Assembly (NCBI GenBank): GCA_023653095.1 | Contig: JAMNXP010000004.1 | Coordinates: 64,772-128,771 of the forward strand | Direction of reading: 5' to 3' | DNA length: 64,000 nucleotides | Source: Bacteroidia bacterium | GTDB taxonomy: Bacteria; Bacteroidota; Bacteroidia; NS11-12g; UBA955 | Shown: piece after piece, positions 10,076 through 20,622 of the stretch | Numbering within the stretch: the first letter of the stretch is position 1 | Layout: each line of letters begins with the position of its first letter | Translations under genes and position numbers: made by a program | Notes under the pieces: generated by a model | Told to the model about the DNA's origin: nothing | The model's input: the letters and a program-made list of their open reading frames with translations, nothing else | The model's database searches: none

Positions 10076-12039
10076 TTCCTTAAGAACCATTCTACACCAA
10101 AGAGTAAAACAATGATATACAAAAATAAGACTTCGTCTGTTGCAAAAACTCTGCTCTGGAGAATTTCTATACGCGGTTTGTCTAGATCTCTTTTTACAAA
10201 TTGCGATAAAATAGAATCAATACCGTTGTTCCTTGGTTCATAAAACCCACCCAACGATTGATTACTCACATCTTTGAGAACCTGATGATTCGCTTTCGAT
10301 GTTTGCAACTCTAAAGAAACCGTGTCTACATCTATCACCTGAGTAAACTCTTGTTGATTTACCCCTTGAATGGCTGTATTTAATCTAACTTTTATGATAT
10401 GTCTGCCGCCTTTGTTGGGTCTAATCACGCCAGTAAAAACCCCTAAATTCGTTGTCAATCCAATGGTTTGTGATTTACCTAAATCATCAATCAAAGTGCA
10501 AGTGATTTTAGCATTTTCAACCTTTTTTAAAGCCGCATCGAAAAGACTGAACTTGAATTTACGCTGCTCACCTAAAATCCAATCTCGTTTATTTATGCTC
10601 CATTCAATGTTCTTGGCTCCCAAATTTTGATTGCTTAACCAATCCACATTGCCCCTCACCCATTTATCAAACCATTTACTTTCATTCGTTTGTTTCAGCT
10701 CTTGAATGCGCCATTTCCAAATGCCATATCCCAAAAAATACAACTTCCTACCCTCCAAATCATCGGCAAAACAGAGCGGCAAATTGGTATTTACTCTATT
10801 CCACTGCTGAAAAAGCTGGATTTTTTCTCGGGGGACATTTAACTTGAGTAATGGACAATCAACGCTCTTGAACGAAAACGGAAGTGTTTCTAAAAAGAAT
10901 AGTTCAAAATCACTGTTCACCTCTGGAGTTACTGCTTGATTTTTACCAGTCGTCACTCTATTTGAAATAGAAGTTTCTCCTGTTAATTGACTGGGCACAT
11001 CCGAAAACAACCAAAAAGGCAATTTACTCTTTTTCAAATCATTATAAGAATCACTTTTGATGTTAAAAGCAATAATCATTTGCACATCATTTGGCAAATC
11101 TGAAAGATTTTTGCTTTCAACAGGTTCATATTGTTGCACCCCCAATAAAGCACTTCTTATGGCTCCAAGATCTGGATGAACAGCTTGATACAAAAGGGCA
11201 ATTTTCTTTTTTTGTGACACTACATCAATTACAGACTTTTGAATATTGTTGTATGTGTTCTTTTCGGAAGTATTTATGGTTCGAACTTTCACCTGTAGTT
11301 CGTTTAAACCATCTATCTCTCCTTTTCCCTTGAAAAGAACTCTTTGCAAATCTATGTCCCTCTGTGGCACAAGGGATATTGACTCTTGTAACCTGCCTTT
11401 CTGAAAGAAATCAACCAACACTTTTGAACCTTTTAACAATTCAGTTTGGATGCCGGCTTCAACTTCAAATTCATTTCCTTTAAAGACAGATTCATTCACA
11501 GATATAGATGAAACAGAAGCGTCTGGATATGTATTGGGATCGCCAATTCCTAGCGAAAAAATGGGGCTTTTCACTGAATTCAACAATGGACTCCCACCCC
11601 TATTTGCTATACCGTCAGATATCAAAATACTGGCTTCAGGCTGAATGGGTTCTTGCTTGATAAAATCTATTACCTTATCTAAGCGAGTTGAAAATCCAAT
11701 TGAATCATTGACCTTTTCTACAACCTCAGCCCCAAAGAAAAACTCTCTTAACTCAATATCATCACCAAATTTCTCTGTGATTTTTTGCTTGACATCTTTT
11801 GAAACTGAGATGCTTTGTTTCTTAGCTGATTGACTTGCATCTGAGAAGAGAAAGACCACGGGTTTCCGTTGTAAATTTTTTTCCGCGTTCCAAGACGGGT
11901 TAAACAACAAGAAAACGACCAAAAAAGTTGCTAAAAACCTCAGAAGTGCTTTAACTGACTTCCACTGGCTTCTATATACAATGAACGTAACTGCTACGGC
12001 CCCGCCAAGAGCCACAGGCCAGGCGTACCAGTTAACCAT
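10057..12039 (-). CDS. membrane-anchored hypothetical protein (weak vWA/BatA-like resemblance)
   Basis: 660-aa ORF with N- and C-terminal TM helices. The FLFSDASQS...ILISDGIANRGGSP stretch resembles a vWA MIDAS region. Product call is tentative. Confidence 0.55.
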   Translation of the reverse strand: MVNWYAWPVALGGAVAVTFIVYRSQWKSVKALLRFLATFLVVFLLFNPSWNAEKNLQRKPVVFLFSDASQSAKKQSISVSKDVKQKITEKFGDDIELREFFFGAEVVEKVNDSIGFSTRLDKVIDFIKQEPIQPEASILISDGIANRGGSPLLNSVKSPIFSLGIGDPNTYPDASVSSISVNESVFKGNEFEVEAGIQTELLKGSKVLVDFFQKGRLQESISLVPQRDIDLQRVLFKGKGEIDGLNELQVKVRTINTSEKNTYNNIQKSVIDVVSQKKKIALLYQAVHPDLGAIRSALLGVQQYEPVESKNLSDLPNDVQMIIAFNIKSDSYNDLKKSKLPFWLFSDVPSQLTGETSISNRVTTGKNQAVTPEVNSDFELFFLETLPFSFKSVDCPLLKLNVPREKIQLFQQWNRVNTNLPLCFADDLEGRKLYFLGYGIWKWRIQELKQTNESKWFDKWVRGNVDWLSNQNLGAKNIEWSINKRDWILGEQRKFKFSLFDAALKKVENAKITCTLIDDLGKSQTIGLTTNLGVFTGVIRPNKGGRHIIKVRLNTAIQGVNQQEFTQVIDVDTVSLELQTSKANHQVLKDVSNQSLGGFYEPRNNGIDSILSQFVKRDLDKPRIEILQSRVFATDEVLFLYIIVLLFGVEWFLRKWEGKI

Positions 12040-12686
12040 TAATGCTTAACAACCAATCTTTGATTGACCCAATCATTATTTTGTAAAAAGCGAACAAAAT
12101 AAATACCGTTGGGTACTTCAGAAACATTCAAACTTCCATCAAAGGTATTCATGACCACTCTACCTTGAATATCAAACAATTGAGCGGCCTCAACCGGCAA
12201 TTTAACATAATTATTGGCAGGATTTGGAGATAGCTTGGTAACTACTTCATAACTTTGAGTAGAAGCACCCCAACGCACCATGATGGTATATGTCAACCTG
12301 ATTTTATCTGCTGGAGCGTACTTGTTCCAAACTTCATAAATAACAACAGCAGTATCGGATTTACCGTTTGGATAGACGGTTAATTTTAGAGAGTTTTTGT
12401 CATCTGAAGGCATAATGGGACTCATAGTATCTTCGTCAACAAATCCTCCGAAACAATTTCTGTTATCGCAAAAGCTAATATCCCAAGTTGATGGAAAATC
12501 AACACTTACTTTTTTGTATTGTAAAACTACCGGAGATTGTGTCATATTTTTCAAGTGAATAGCACAATCCATGAACCCATTTGCATTGGGATAATATTGC
12601 ACATCAGTGCCTTCAACTGCTTGAAAAGACTGTGCTTTAAGACCTGTCGAAAAAAGGCCCAAGGCCAAGACAATAAAAATTCTCAT
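12039..12686 (-). CDS. T9SS type A sorting domain-containing secreted protein
   Basis: Signal peptide MRIFIVLALGLFSTGLKAQ. C-terminus LSPNPANNYVKLPV...GIYFVRF...QRLVVKH matches the Por secretion tail pattern. Confidence 0.8.
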   Translation of the reverse strand: MRIFIVLALGLFSTGLKAQSFQAVEGTDVQYYPNANGFMDCAIHLKNMTQSPVVLQYKKVSVDFPSTWDISFCDNRNCFGGFVDEDTMSPIMPSDDKNSLKLTVYPNGKSDTAVVIYEVWNKYAPADKIRLTYTIMVRWGASTQSYEVVTKLSPNPANNYVKLPVEAAQLFDIQGRVVMNTFDGSLNVSEVPNGIYFVRFLQNNDWVNQRLVVKH

Positions 12687-13414
12687 AGTACAAAAATACG
12701 GGCAAAATCATCCAAATGAGAAAACTTGCCTGCGAATAATTTGTTTGACACCAAATCAGTCGGCAAGACTTGGTCTTGAAACTTCTGATCTTTATCAAAA
12801 AATGCGGTTCTGATACCAGAGTGGATGCCACCCCAAACATCGGTTTCCAAATTATCTCCAATGTAAATGCACTCATCTGATGCAACTCCAAGACTGTCAA
12901 ATACATGGGTAAAAAATTGGGTGATGGGCTTTGCAAATCCAACACGTTCAGATGACTGCATAAAATCTACAAAAGCACCAATGCCTGAAGATTTCAACTT
13001 TATTTGTTGAGTCTCTTCAAATCCATTGGTCAGAATTCCTACTTTATATTTCTGACTAACATGTGACAAGCATTCCAAGGCACCTGGTATCAAAATGGTC
13101 ATGTAGGGACAGATATCTAAATATTCTTCCCAAACATTTGAGGGCTGCAAAGCTGGTTGAATTCCCATTAGGTCAAAAGTATCCGTAAACCTGCGCGTTC
13201 TGAGAATCTCTTTAGTAACCTCTCCTTTCTCGTACTTCTTCCAATAGGCTTTGTTCACATCTTCATATAGCGCTATGAACTGATCTACGTGATAATCTGA
13301 ATGCAAATGAAGTTGATGACGTTCAAAAAGAACTTTCAATGCCTCTCTAGCATTCGCATCAAAATCCCAAAGGGTATTGTCTAAATCAAAAAATACCCAC
13401 CTGAGACGGTTCAT
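12683..13414 (-). CDS. HAD family hydrolase (YjjG/nucleotidase-like)
   Basis: Motif I FFDLDNTLWDF, motif III/IV IYIGDNLETDVWGG. 4-nt overlap with the downstream gene. Confidence 0.8.
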   Translation of the reverse strand: MNRLRWVFFDLDNTLWDFDANAREALKVLFERHQLHLHSDYHVDQFIALYEDVNKAYWKKYEKGEVTKEILRTRRFTDTFDLMGIQPALQPSNVWEEYLDICPYMTILIPGALECLSHVSQKYKVGILTNGFEETQQIKLKSSGIGAFVDFMQSSERVGFAKPITQFFTHVFDSLGVASDECIYIGDNLETDVWGGIHSGIRTAFFDKDQKFQDQVLPTDLVSNKLFAGKFSHLDDFARIFVL

Positions 13415-13425
13415 TTGAAAAGAAT

Positions 13426-14001
13426 TTAGTTAACCGAGTCAATCCATTTGCAGAGCTCAGAATTGATTTCACCAATTTCACCCAAGCCATTAATGCCATG
13501 ATATTTGTTTTGATCTGAATAATATCCCTGAATGGGTAGGGTTTTATTCAAGTATTCATGGAAACGATTCCGAATAGTTTCTTCGCTTTGATCGTCTACT
13601 CTGCCACTTGTTTGTCCCCTAAGAAGCAATCTTTTCACCAATTCATCCTCGTTTACTTCTAGGCCTAGTACCATTGAAATTGAGGTATTGAATTCGTTCA
13701 ACATTTGATCTAGTGCTTCAGCTTGAGGAATGGTTCTCGGAAATCCATCAAAAATAAATCCAGCTGCTTCAGCATGCGATTGCATGTAGTTTCTAACCAT
13801 ACCAATAACAACTGCATCAGGTACTAATTCACCTTTGGCAATATATTCATTGGCTTGATTACCCAATTCGGTACCTGCTTGACGTTCTGCCCGCAGCAAA
13901 TCACCTGTAGAAATGTGTTTTAGATTATAGGTAGCAATTAACTTTTCGCTTTGTGTTCCTTTACCAGCACCTGGAGGTCCAAATAAGATGAGATTTAGCA
14001 T
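13426..14001 (-). CDS. adk: adenylate kinase
   Basis: P-loop LFGPPGAGKGTQ, HISTGDLLR, short LID (no zinc motif), FDGFPRT. Confidence 0.95.
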   Translation of the reverse strand: MLNLILFGPPGAGKGTQSEKLIATYNLKHISTGDLLRAERQAGTELGNQANEYIAKGELVPDAVVIGMVRNYMQSHAEAAGFIFDGFPRTIPQAEALDQMLNEFNTSISMVLGLEVNEDELVKRLLLRGQTSGRVDDQSEETIRNRFHEYLNKTLPIQGYYSDQNKYHGINGLGEIGEINSELCKWIDSVN

Positions 14002-14122
14002 AGCTTGTTTGACGCTGCAAAGTAAAAGATAATTCTATGGGAATTAAAATGAAAAATAGCATTGATTTTTTTTGAGATGAGAGGAATTATCCGTTATTTC
14101 GTAAAATAACAATTGTAACACA

Positions 14123-15088
14123 ATGAAAAAATTATTATTTATTGCTCTGATTTCAGTAGGTGCTGCAGGTTTCATGCAGAGCTGTAAAGACGAAACTCCT
14201 AGTGGTGGAGACCAACCATTGACTGTTGCTAATAAGCAACGCTCATTATTAATTTACAGTACAGCTACTTGGTGCGGACCTTGTGGTGCTTCAGGTGGAC
14301 CCGTTTTCAAAAACGCTATGGCTGCCATGGGTACTGACGATTTGATTTGCTTGGATTTGCACCCTGCATTGGGTAGCTTGTCTATGTTAACTCCTGTTGG
14401 ATTACGCGACGACAAACCCGCTGACTCCGTTTTCTTTGCTCCATTTTCTAGTCAATTGTACGGTGCATGTTTGCCTAACGGTTACATACCTCACTTCTAC
14501 TGCGATAACTCAGTATTGGGTAACAGCGGTGTGACAGTTGACCAAATCAAGAGCTTTGCTTCTAGCTACAACGCAAACATCGCTCCACAAATTGGTGTTG
14601 CTTTGAATGCTACTGCAAGCGGAAACGACATCAACATCAAATACAAAATGAAAGCTTTGAATGCCGACGGTGGTGACTACTACACTTCTTTGGTTGTTCT
14701 TGAGAAGAGCATCAACGCTTACCAAAACGTTTCTGGTGTAGGTAATACATCTGTTGAGCACAAGAACATTGTTCGTGGTTCTGCTAAATACGGAAGTGTA
14801 CCCACTGCCACTACTCCTTGGACCAACGCTCCTGTAGCATTTGGTGATGTTGAAATGAGCAACCCAACAAACGGTACTGAAATTGAGAAAACGGCTAAAT
14901 ATACTTTCAAAGCACCTTCTCAGGGTTTCAAAGACATGTTGGATGGTCAAATCAAGCCTCAAATTGGTGGATACGGTTTCGGTTGGTGGAACTTCAACAA
15001 GAGCAATACTGCTGTAGTTGCTATTGTTTGGAAAAAAGAAGGTAATTCTTGGTTCTATGTTAACTCTGCTTACGCTGACGTTAAATAA
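14123..15088 (+). CDS. lipoprotein with thioredoxin-like WCGPC motif (Omp28-related, tentative)
   Basis: Lipobox AGFMQSC and STATWCGPCG motif. Family assignment is from memory only. Confidence 0.55.
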   Translation: MKKLLFIALISVGAAGFMQSCKDETPSGGDQPLTVANKQRSLLIYSTATWCGPCGASGGPVFKNAMAAMGTDDLICLDLHPALGSLSMLTPVGLRDDKPADSVFFAPFSSQLYGACLPNGYIPHFYCDNSVLGNSGVTVDQIKSFASSYNANIAPQIGVALNATASGNDINIKYKMKALNADGGDYYTSLVVLEKSINAYQNVSGVGNTSVEHKNIVRGSAKYGSVPTATTPWTNAPVAFGDVEMSNPTNGTEIEKTAKYTFKAPSQGFKDMLDGQIKPQIGGYGFGWWNFNKSNTAVVAIVWKKEGNSWFYVNSAYADVK

Positions 15089-15106
15089 TAAATATAACAC
15101 TATCAT

Positions 15107-15138
15107 AAAAAAAGGCTGCCCAAGGGCAGCCTTTTTTT
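15107..15138. terminator. bidirectional rho-independent terminator
   Basis: AAAAAAAGGCTGCC-CAAG-GGCAGCCTTTTTTT between convergent genes. Confidence 0.8.
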
Positions 15139-15156
15139 ATGCAATTAACTTTCAGT

Positions 15157-15936
15157 TTATCTATTTTTAAACTCGGGCTTGCGCTTCTCCACAAATGCAT
15201 TCATACCCTCTTTCTGATCTTCGGTGGCGAACAACATATAAAAGTTCTTCCTTTCAAAGAATAGCCCTTCCTGCAAGCCACTATCAAATGCTTTCAATAC
15301 ACTCTCCTTTGCCAATTGAATGGCAATGGGTGATTTTTCAGCCACTTTGCGAGCCAATTTTATGGCCTCGTCTAAGTACAATTCAACAGGTACTACCTTA
15401 TTAATCAATCCTGCTTCACGAGCTTCTTCGGCAGATATGAAATTACCCGTTAATACCATTTCCATGGCACGGGCTTTTCCTACCGCTCTTGTCAAACGCT
15501 GAGTACCACCGGCACCAGGCATTACACCAATGTTGATTTCGGGCTGCCCAAATTGTGCGGTTTCGCTGGCCACAATCATATCGCACAGCATGGCCAATTC
15601 ACAGCCCCCACCCAAAGCAAATCCGCTTACGGCTGCAATTATGGGCTTCTTGGTACGTCTAATGCTATCCCAAGTAGAAAATTGATCAATTTTCAACATA
15701 TCTACGGCATTTCTGCCTGCCATCTGCTTGATATCAGCACCAGCTGCAAATGCACGCTCATTCCCAAAAATGACGATAGCTCTAATGGAGTCATCTGCGT
15801 CAAATTGCTCCAAAGCAACTTTAATTTCACCCATCAGCTGCAAATTCAGAGCATTCAATTCTCTGGGACGATTCAACTGAATACCCGCAACCTGTGGAGC
15901 AAGTTCAGCATGCGTTAAAATAAATTCATACGACAT
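15157..15936 (-). CDS. enoyl-CoA hydratase/isomerase (crotonase) family protein
   Basis: AFAAGADIKQM and GFALGGGCELAMLCD crotonase motifs. Start taken at MSYEF (ATG 15936). Confidence 0.9.
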   Translation of the reverse strand: MSYEFILTHAELAPQVAGIQLNRPRELNALNLQLMGEIKVALEQFDADDSIRAIVIFGNERAFAAGADIKQMAGRNAVDMLKIDQFSTWDSIRRTKKPIIAAVSGFALGGGCELAMLCDMIVASETAQFGQPEINIGVMPGAGGTQRLTRAVGKARAMEMVLTGNFISAEEAREAGLINKVVPVELYLDEAIKLARKVAEKSPIAIQLAKESVLKAFDSGLQEGLFFERKNFYMLFATEDQKEGMNAFVEKRKPEFKNR

Positions 15937-15953
15937 GCCACAAAAGTACAAGA

Positions 15954-16526
15954 TTATAACTTGGAGATAAAATACCGTTTATAAAAGGTCCAAATTCCCC
16001 ATCCAATCAATGCACCTAAAATTCCCCCACAAAAAACATCGCCCAAATAATGCCTGCCTAAGTAAACTCTAGAATAAGCAATAGCACTGGCGATGAAAAT
16101 CATCAGAAAAAACAAAGGCTTTCGCCATTTCGGATCATCCACCAAAATCAAAATAATTAGTGGATATAATGCGAAAGAATTAGCTGAATGACTGCTTACA
16201 AATCCAAAACTGTTGTGCCCCTGTCCGTCAGGAAATCGGGCATGTAAATGCTCTTCATAAGCGGGCCTAACTCGTTTAAAAGCAGGTTTAAACACTCTAG
16301 AACTGATAGAATCAGCCAATCCAAAACTCAGCAACATGGCTACAATAGGGATCAGAGCTTTTTTCCTGAATTTCCTCAATGCTGCAATGAGGGCCCATAT
16401 GTAGAGAAAAACAAAGGTCTTACTCGAACTCAATGCAATCATCAATGCATCGAGGGAGTTCGAGGCCCAATCTTGATTGATCTTTATAAAAAAATACTCA
16501 TCAATACTTTGCAGAATATCAAGCAT
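15954..16526 (-). CDS. PAP2 family phosphatase (membrane)
   Basis: KxxxxxxRP (KRVRPAY), SSHSANSF and SRVYLGRHYLGDV acid-phosphatase motifs. Multiple TM segments. Confidence 0.85.
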   Translation of the reverse strand: MLDILQSIDEYFFIKINQDWASNSLDALMIALSSSKTFVFLYIWALIAALRKFRKKALIPIVAMLLSFGLADSISSRVFKPAFKRVRPAYEEHLHARFPDGQGHNSFGFVSSHSANSFALYPLIILILVDDPKWRKPLFFLMIFIASAIAYSRVYLGRHYLGDVFCGGILGALIGWGIWTFYKRYFISKL

Positions 16527-16530
16527 ACAC

Positions 16531-17280
16531 TTACTTCTTTTGCGAAATTAAAATCAATCGTGGTGATGAAGGTGGATCAAAATCATCTAGCTTGTAATTT
16601 CCAAAGACTTGCTTAACATTAAACCCCGCCTGTTCGTGCAAGAATTTCAATTCTTCCAAAGTGTAGGCTTTCACCTTTTCCTGAAAATTGAGGGTGTTCT
16701 GTCCGTCCATTACTTCAATATCTTTGAGTATCTGCCCTTGATAAAAATGCTTAATCCATGAATAATTCACTCCATCTATTTCCGTTTTACCTTTGGATGG
16801 AAGTTCATTCATTACGGGTTCAGCATTCAAATAATCTTGCACAAAATAGCCACCATCTGACAATGAATGGTACACATTTCTGAGACTGATTAAATCGTGT
16901 TCGCTCCTATCAAAATATCCAAAACTGGTAAAAAGATTGAAGGCCGCATCAAATGAGCCTTCATTTAGGGGCTCTCGCATATCGTGAACCTTAAATTGCA
17001 GCTCGTCTGAGGAATATATACCGGCTTCGTTTATGCTATTCTCAGACAGGTCAAATCCTAGAACTTTTAGCCCATGTTCATGCAATACTCTACTGTGCCT
17101 ACCTTTGCCACAGGCCACATCTAACACCCGTTGATGCGGTTGCAACTTAAGATACATGACCATGGTAGCAATAAACAAACGGGCCTCTTCGTCGTTTCGG
17201 TGTTGATACAACGCATGATAATATGCGGTATCAAACCAAGATTCGAACCATTGTTTTTGTTCCGTGTTCATTTTCTTCAA
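16531..17280 (-). CDS. class I SAM-dependent methyltransferase
   Basis: Motif I VLDVACGKGRHS, with acidic residue FDLSE after beta-2. Confidence 0.8.
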   Translation of the reverse strand: MKKMNTEQKQWFESWFDTAYYHALYQHRNDEEARLFIATMVMYLKLQPHQRVLDVACGKGRHSRVLHEHGLKVLGFDLSENSINEAGIYSSDELQFKVHDMREPLNEGSFDAAFNLFTSFGYFDRSEHDLISLRNVYHSLSDGGYFVQDYLNAEPVMNELPSKGKTEIDGVNYSWIKHFYQGQILKDIEVMDGQNTLNFQEKVKAYTLEELKFLHEQAGFNVKQVFGNYKLDDFDPPSSPRLILISQKK

Positions 17281-17325
17281 AGTTATTGTAACTAATCGAC
17301 CTAGCCAATCGTTTTATAAAAGAGA

Positions 17326-17814
17326 ATGGATTATAGAGAGTTCAACCGTATTGTGGAAGCACATAGCGATGCTCTTTATCGATTTGCTCTCAAAAATATC
17401 AAAGTCGCTGAAGATGCCCAAGAAATTGTCCAAACTGCATTCGAAAGATTATGGATTAACAGGAATACCGTTGACCCAGAGAAGAGCAAAGCTTTTCTCT
17501 TCCGAGTGGCGTATAACTTCACCATCGATATGATTCGAAAACAGCGTAAAGAAGCAGATATGGAAACAACCAAATTCAAGGAACCATCATCGGAGGGGGC
17601 GGACTTTAAAGACTTAAAGCGCGTTCTTGAGCGTGCTCTTTCCAAACTCTCCGACATTCAGCGCAACGTGATATTGCTCCGTGATTATGAAGGATACAGT
17701 TACCAAGAAATTGGAGATATTCTAAGCATTACCGAGGCCCAAGTAAAAATCAATATTTTCAGAGGAAGAAAACAACTACAAGAATACCTAGGAAGAATGG
17801 AGGACTACCTATGA
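17326..17814 (+). CDS. ECF-type RNA polymerase sigma factor
   Basis: 162 aa. Region 2 (DAQEIVQTAFERLW...FLFRVAYNFTID) and region 4 (YSYQEIGDILSITEAQVKINIFRGRKQL). Confidence 0.9.
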   Translation: MDYREFNRIVEAHSDALYRFALKNIKVAEDAQEIVQTAFERLWINRNTVDPEKSKAFLFRVAYNFTIDMIRKQRKEADMETTKFKEPSSEGADFKDLKRVLERALSKLSDIQRNVILLRDYEGYSYQEIGDILSITEAQVKINIFRGRKQLQEYLGRMEDYL

Positions 17815-18647
17815 TGAACACGCAGAACAACATCCCCGAAGAAATTCAATGGCAAATTTTTGAACTTTTGGAAGGCAATCTTACTGCTGAAGAAAGTGAA
17901 AAAACTCTCCATTTGATTGAATCTAATTCAGATTATCAAACTTTTTACCATGAATTAAGCCTCACCTATCTAAAACCAGAACCGGCTGAATATCCAAATA
18001 AATCAGTGCTGCTGAAATCTTCTCCAAGCACCTTCAAAATTTGGAGAAATCTATCCATCCTGGTAAGCTCAGCCGCTGCTATTGCCATGTTGATGCTGTA
18101 CAAAACTGAAACACCCCTTAAAACAACCCATTCAATATCAACCTCACCACAGAAAACGGCTTCCGTTAATCACGCTCACTCTACTGAATCTACTGTCAAT
18201 ATTACGGCACCTGCTTTGATTAAACACCTGAAAAAAGCAAACCCAGAGACCCTCCAAAAAGACACTCAACCAGCAGCATCGTCCGAAGTTGCTACTCAAT
18301 TTGCGAAAGTGGATGTCCCCAATAATAAACCCTTTAGAGTCATTCGCATCATGGAAGACCCTTCGAACGAGTTCACGTCCCCCAGCGGGGAAATAAACCC
18401 TGATAATTCCACAAATACCATTGACCCCGAAGTGCAAATTGTATACACGGGCTTTGACCGTAACGCTTCAGACGCATCTGAAACCTCTCAAACAGAGTTT
18501 CTTCTAGACATTGCCGAAAACCTTCGATACGGAAGATTACCCAAAATGAAACTGGTACCCAGAAGAAGACAAAACCATTTAATTCCACAAGTAGACATGC
18601 TTGTAGGAACAGATACTCGATTCATTCAAACCACCTTAATTCAATAA
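17811..18647 (+). CDS. putative anti-sigma factor (single-pass membrane protein)
   Basis: ATGA overlap with the sigma gene. One central TM helix (ILVSSAAAIAMLMLY). No catalytic motif. Confidence 0.6.
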   Translation: MMNTQNNIPEEIQWQIFELLEGNLTAEESEKTLHLIESNSDYQTFYHELSLTYLKPEPAEYPNKSVLLKSSPSTFKIWRNLSILVSSAAAIAMLMLYKTETPLKTTHSISTSPQKTASVNHAHSTESTVNITAPALIKHLKKANPETLQKDTQPAASSEVATQFAKVDVPNNKPFRVIRIMEDPSNEFTSPSGEINPDNSTNTIDPEVQIVYTGFDRNASDASETSQTEFLLDIAENLRYGRLPKMKLVPRRRQNHLIPQVDMLVGTDTRFIQTTLIQ

Positions 18648-18649
18648 TC

Positions 18650-19756
18650 ATGAAAAACATACATCATATTATCATCTTGATTGGAGCTCTATTCTCATTG
18701 AAACCAGTTTTGGCTCAAAAACAATCTCACCGCATCATTATTTACACGGACACCACCTACAGCTCATCTCAATTTTGGAAGAAAAATGCTGATGCTTTAA
18801 AAGCTTGGGTAGACACCATTCAAAAATTAACAAAGTCAGACGATGCTAATATAGAAATTCCGCCGCCGGCCATTTCAGGATTAGAAGATCTTTTTAATTT
18901 GGACGTAAATGTTTTGAGAAATCAAGATTCTACTGTTGTGAAACTCAAGATCCGTAAAAAAGGAGACCGCTCCACCGCTCGAATCCTTGAACTTGAGCAA
19001 CTTACTGAAACAGCGGTGATTGACGAAGCTGCTGATTCTTCCTATACATTTGAACTCGAAGAATCTCCCAAAGTTTTTGAATTCACCATAGACGAAGATC
19101 ATCCCATAAATCAACGTCGTAAAAGAAAGCCCGAATTGGTCATTACCAATTTGAGAATTCACGGGGGACATTTAATGTTGCAACCCCTGAAGGGTTTTTC
19201 TACCACTGTTGTTAGACCTTACGAATTGACTGAACTTCAAAACGGTAAAACATTGAATTTCTGCATTGATCAAAACTGGGGGCTGAATTTATTCAAAGGG
19301 AAAATCAGATTTTGGTACGGACTATCATACTCAATCAACAATTACCGATTCAGCAATCCTCAAGTATATTTAACTCCAAACCTGCCTATTGCAAAATCCC
19401 AGTTTGCAGTTGAACCCCAGAAAAAATCGAAATTGGTATCTAACTACATTGGCATACCCATTTCAATCGGATTCCAAGACAAGGCAAACGACAATTATCG
19501 TTTCAAGTTAAATGTGGGCATTGAAGCCGGGTATCTTGTTAGAGCCCATACCAAAGTTGTCAATAATAACGACCAAAAAACTAAAGTATTCGATGATTTC
19601 AACTTAAACAACTTTGTGGTTCAACCTACGGTTCATTTTCAATACGAAGACGTGGCCATTTTCGCCAAATACGCTTTAACTCCATTGTTTAAACCAAATC
19701 AAGGTGCTGATTATCAGAAAAATATGGTAATTGGTGTAGCTTTAAATTTAGATTGA
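18650..19756 (+). CDS. outer-membrane beta-barrel protein (PorT-like), co-transcribed with the sigma/anti-sigma pair
   Basis: Signal peptide. The C-terminal half shows alternating-hydrophobic beta-strand patterning. Lies 2 nt after the anti-sigma stop. Confidence 0.6.
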   Translation: MKNIHHIIILIGALFSLKPVLAQKQSHRIIIYTDTTYSSSQFWKKNADALKAWVDTIQKLTKSDDANIEIPPPAISGLEDLFNLDVNVLRNQDSTVVKLKIRKKGDRSTARILELEQLTETAVIDEAADSSYTFELEESPKVFEFTIDEDHPINQRRKRKPELVITNLRIHGGHLMLQPLKGFSTTVVRPYELTELQNGKTLNFCIDQNWGLNLFKGKIRFWYGLSYSINNYRFSNPQVYLTPNLPIAKSQFAVEPQKKSKLVSNYIGIPISIGFQDKANDNYRFKLNVGIEAGYLVRAHTKVVNNNDQKTKVFDDFNLNNFVVQPTVHFQYEDVAIFAKYALTPLFKPNQGADYQKNMVIGVALNLD

Positions 19757-19800
19757 TAAATCTCCACAATTGGATGAACTTCTCGTTGTAAATTTGCAAC

Positions 19801-20622
19801 ATGAGCCAAAGAAATTGGGAAACCATCAAAGACTATTCTGACATACTTTTCCAATTCCACGAAGGAATTGCCAAAATAACCATCAACCGCCCCGAAGTAT
19901 ACAACGCATTCCGTCCACAAACCGTGACCGACATGCTTGATGCAATGGATCATTGCCGTGAAAACCCGAAAATCTCTGTGGTGATTCTTACTGGTATTGG
20001 AGACAAGGCATTCTGCTCAGGCGGAGACCAAAACGTTAAGGGAATTGGCGGTTACGTAGATGATTCTGGTATTCCGCGTCTAAACGTTCTTGATTTACAC
20101 AAGAAAATCAGATCACTCCCAAAACCCGTAATTGCCATGGTCAATGGTTATGCTATTGGCGGGGGACATGTGTTGCACGTAGTTTGTGACCTGACCATCG
20201 CTGCTGACCATGCCAAATTTGGTCAAACCGGCCCCAAGGTGGGAAGTTTTGACGGCGGATTTGGAAGCAGTTATTTAGCGCGCCATGTAGGCCAAAAGAA
20301 AGCCCGCGAAATTTGGTTCTTATGCAGACAATATACTGCTGACGAATGCGAAAAAATGGGACTTGTCAATAAAGTGGTTCCCCTCTCCCAACTCGAAGAT
20401 GAAACCGTTGATTGGTGCAACACCATCATGGAACGCAGTCCTATGGCCATCAGAATGCTCAAACGCGCATTCAACGCTGAATTAGACGGACAACACGGCC
20501 TCATGGAACTCGCTGGCGACGCCACTCTTCTTTATTACCTCACCGAAGAAGCTCAAGAAGGCAAACACGCATTCTTAGAAAAACGCAAACCCGACTTCCA
20601 GAAATATCCGAAGTTTCCTTAG
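19801..20622 (+). CDS. menB: 1,4-dihydroxy-2-naphthoyl-CoA synthase
   Basis: 273 aa. [55 protein letters not shown]. Confidence 0.9.
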   Translation: MSQRNWETIKDYSDILFQFHEGIAKITINRPEVYNAFRPQTVTDMLDAMDHCRENPKISVVILTGIGDKAFCSGGDQNVKGIGGYVDDSGIPRLNVLDLHKKIRSLPKPVIAMVNGYAIGGGHVLHVVCDLTIAADHAKFGQTGPKVGSFDGGFGSSYLARHVGQKKAREIWFLCRQYTADECEKMGLVNKVVPLSQLEDETVDWCNTIMERSPMAIRMLKRAFNAELDGQHGLMELAGDATLLYYLTEEAQEGKHAFLEKRKPDFQKYPKFP

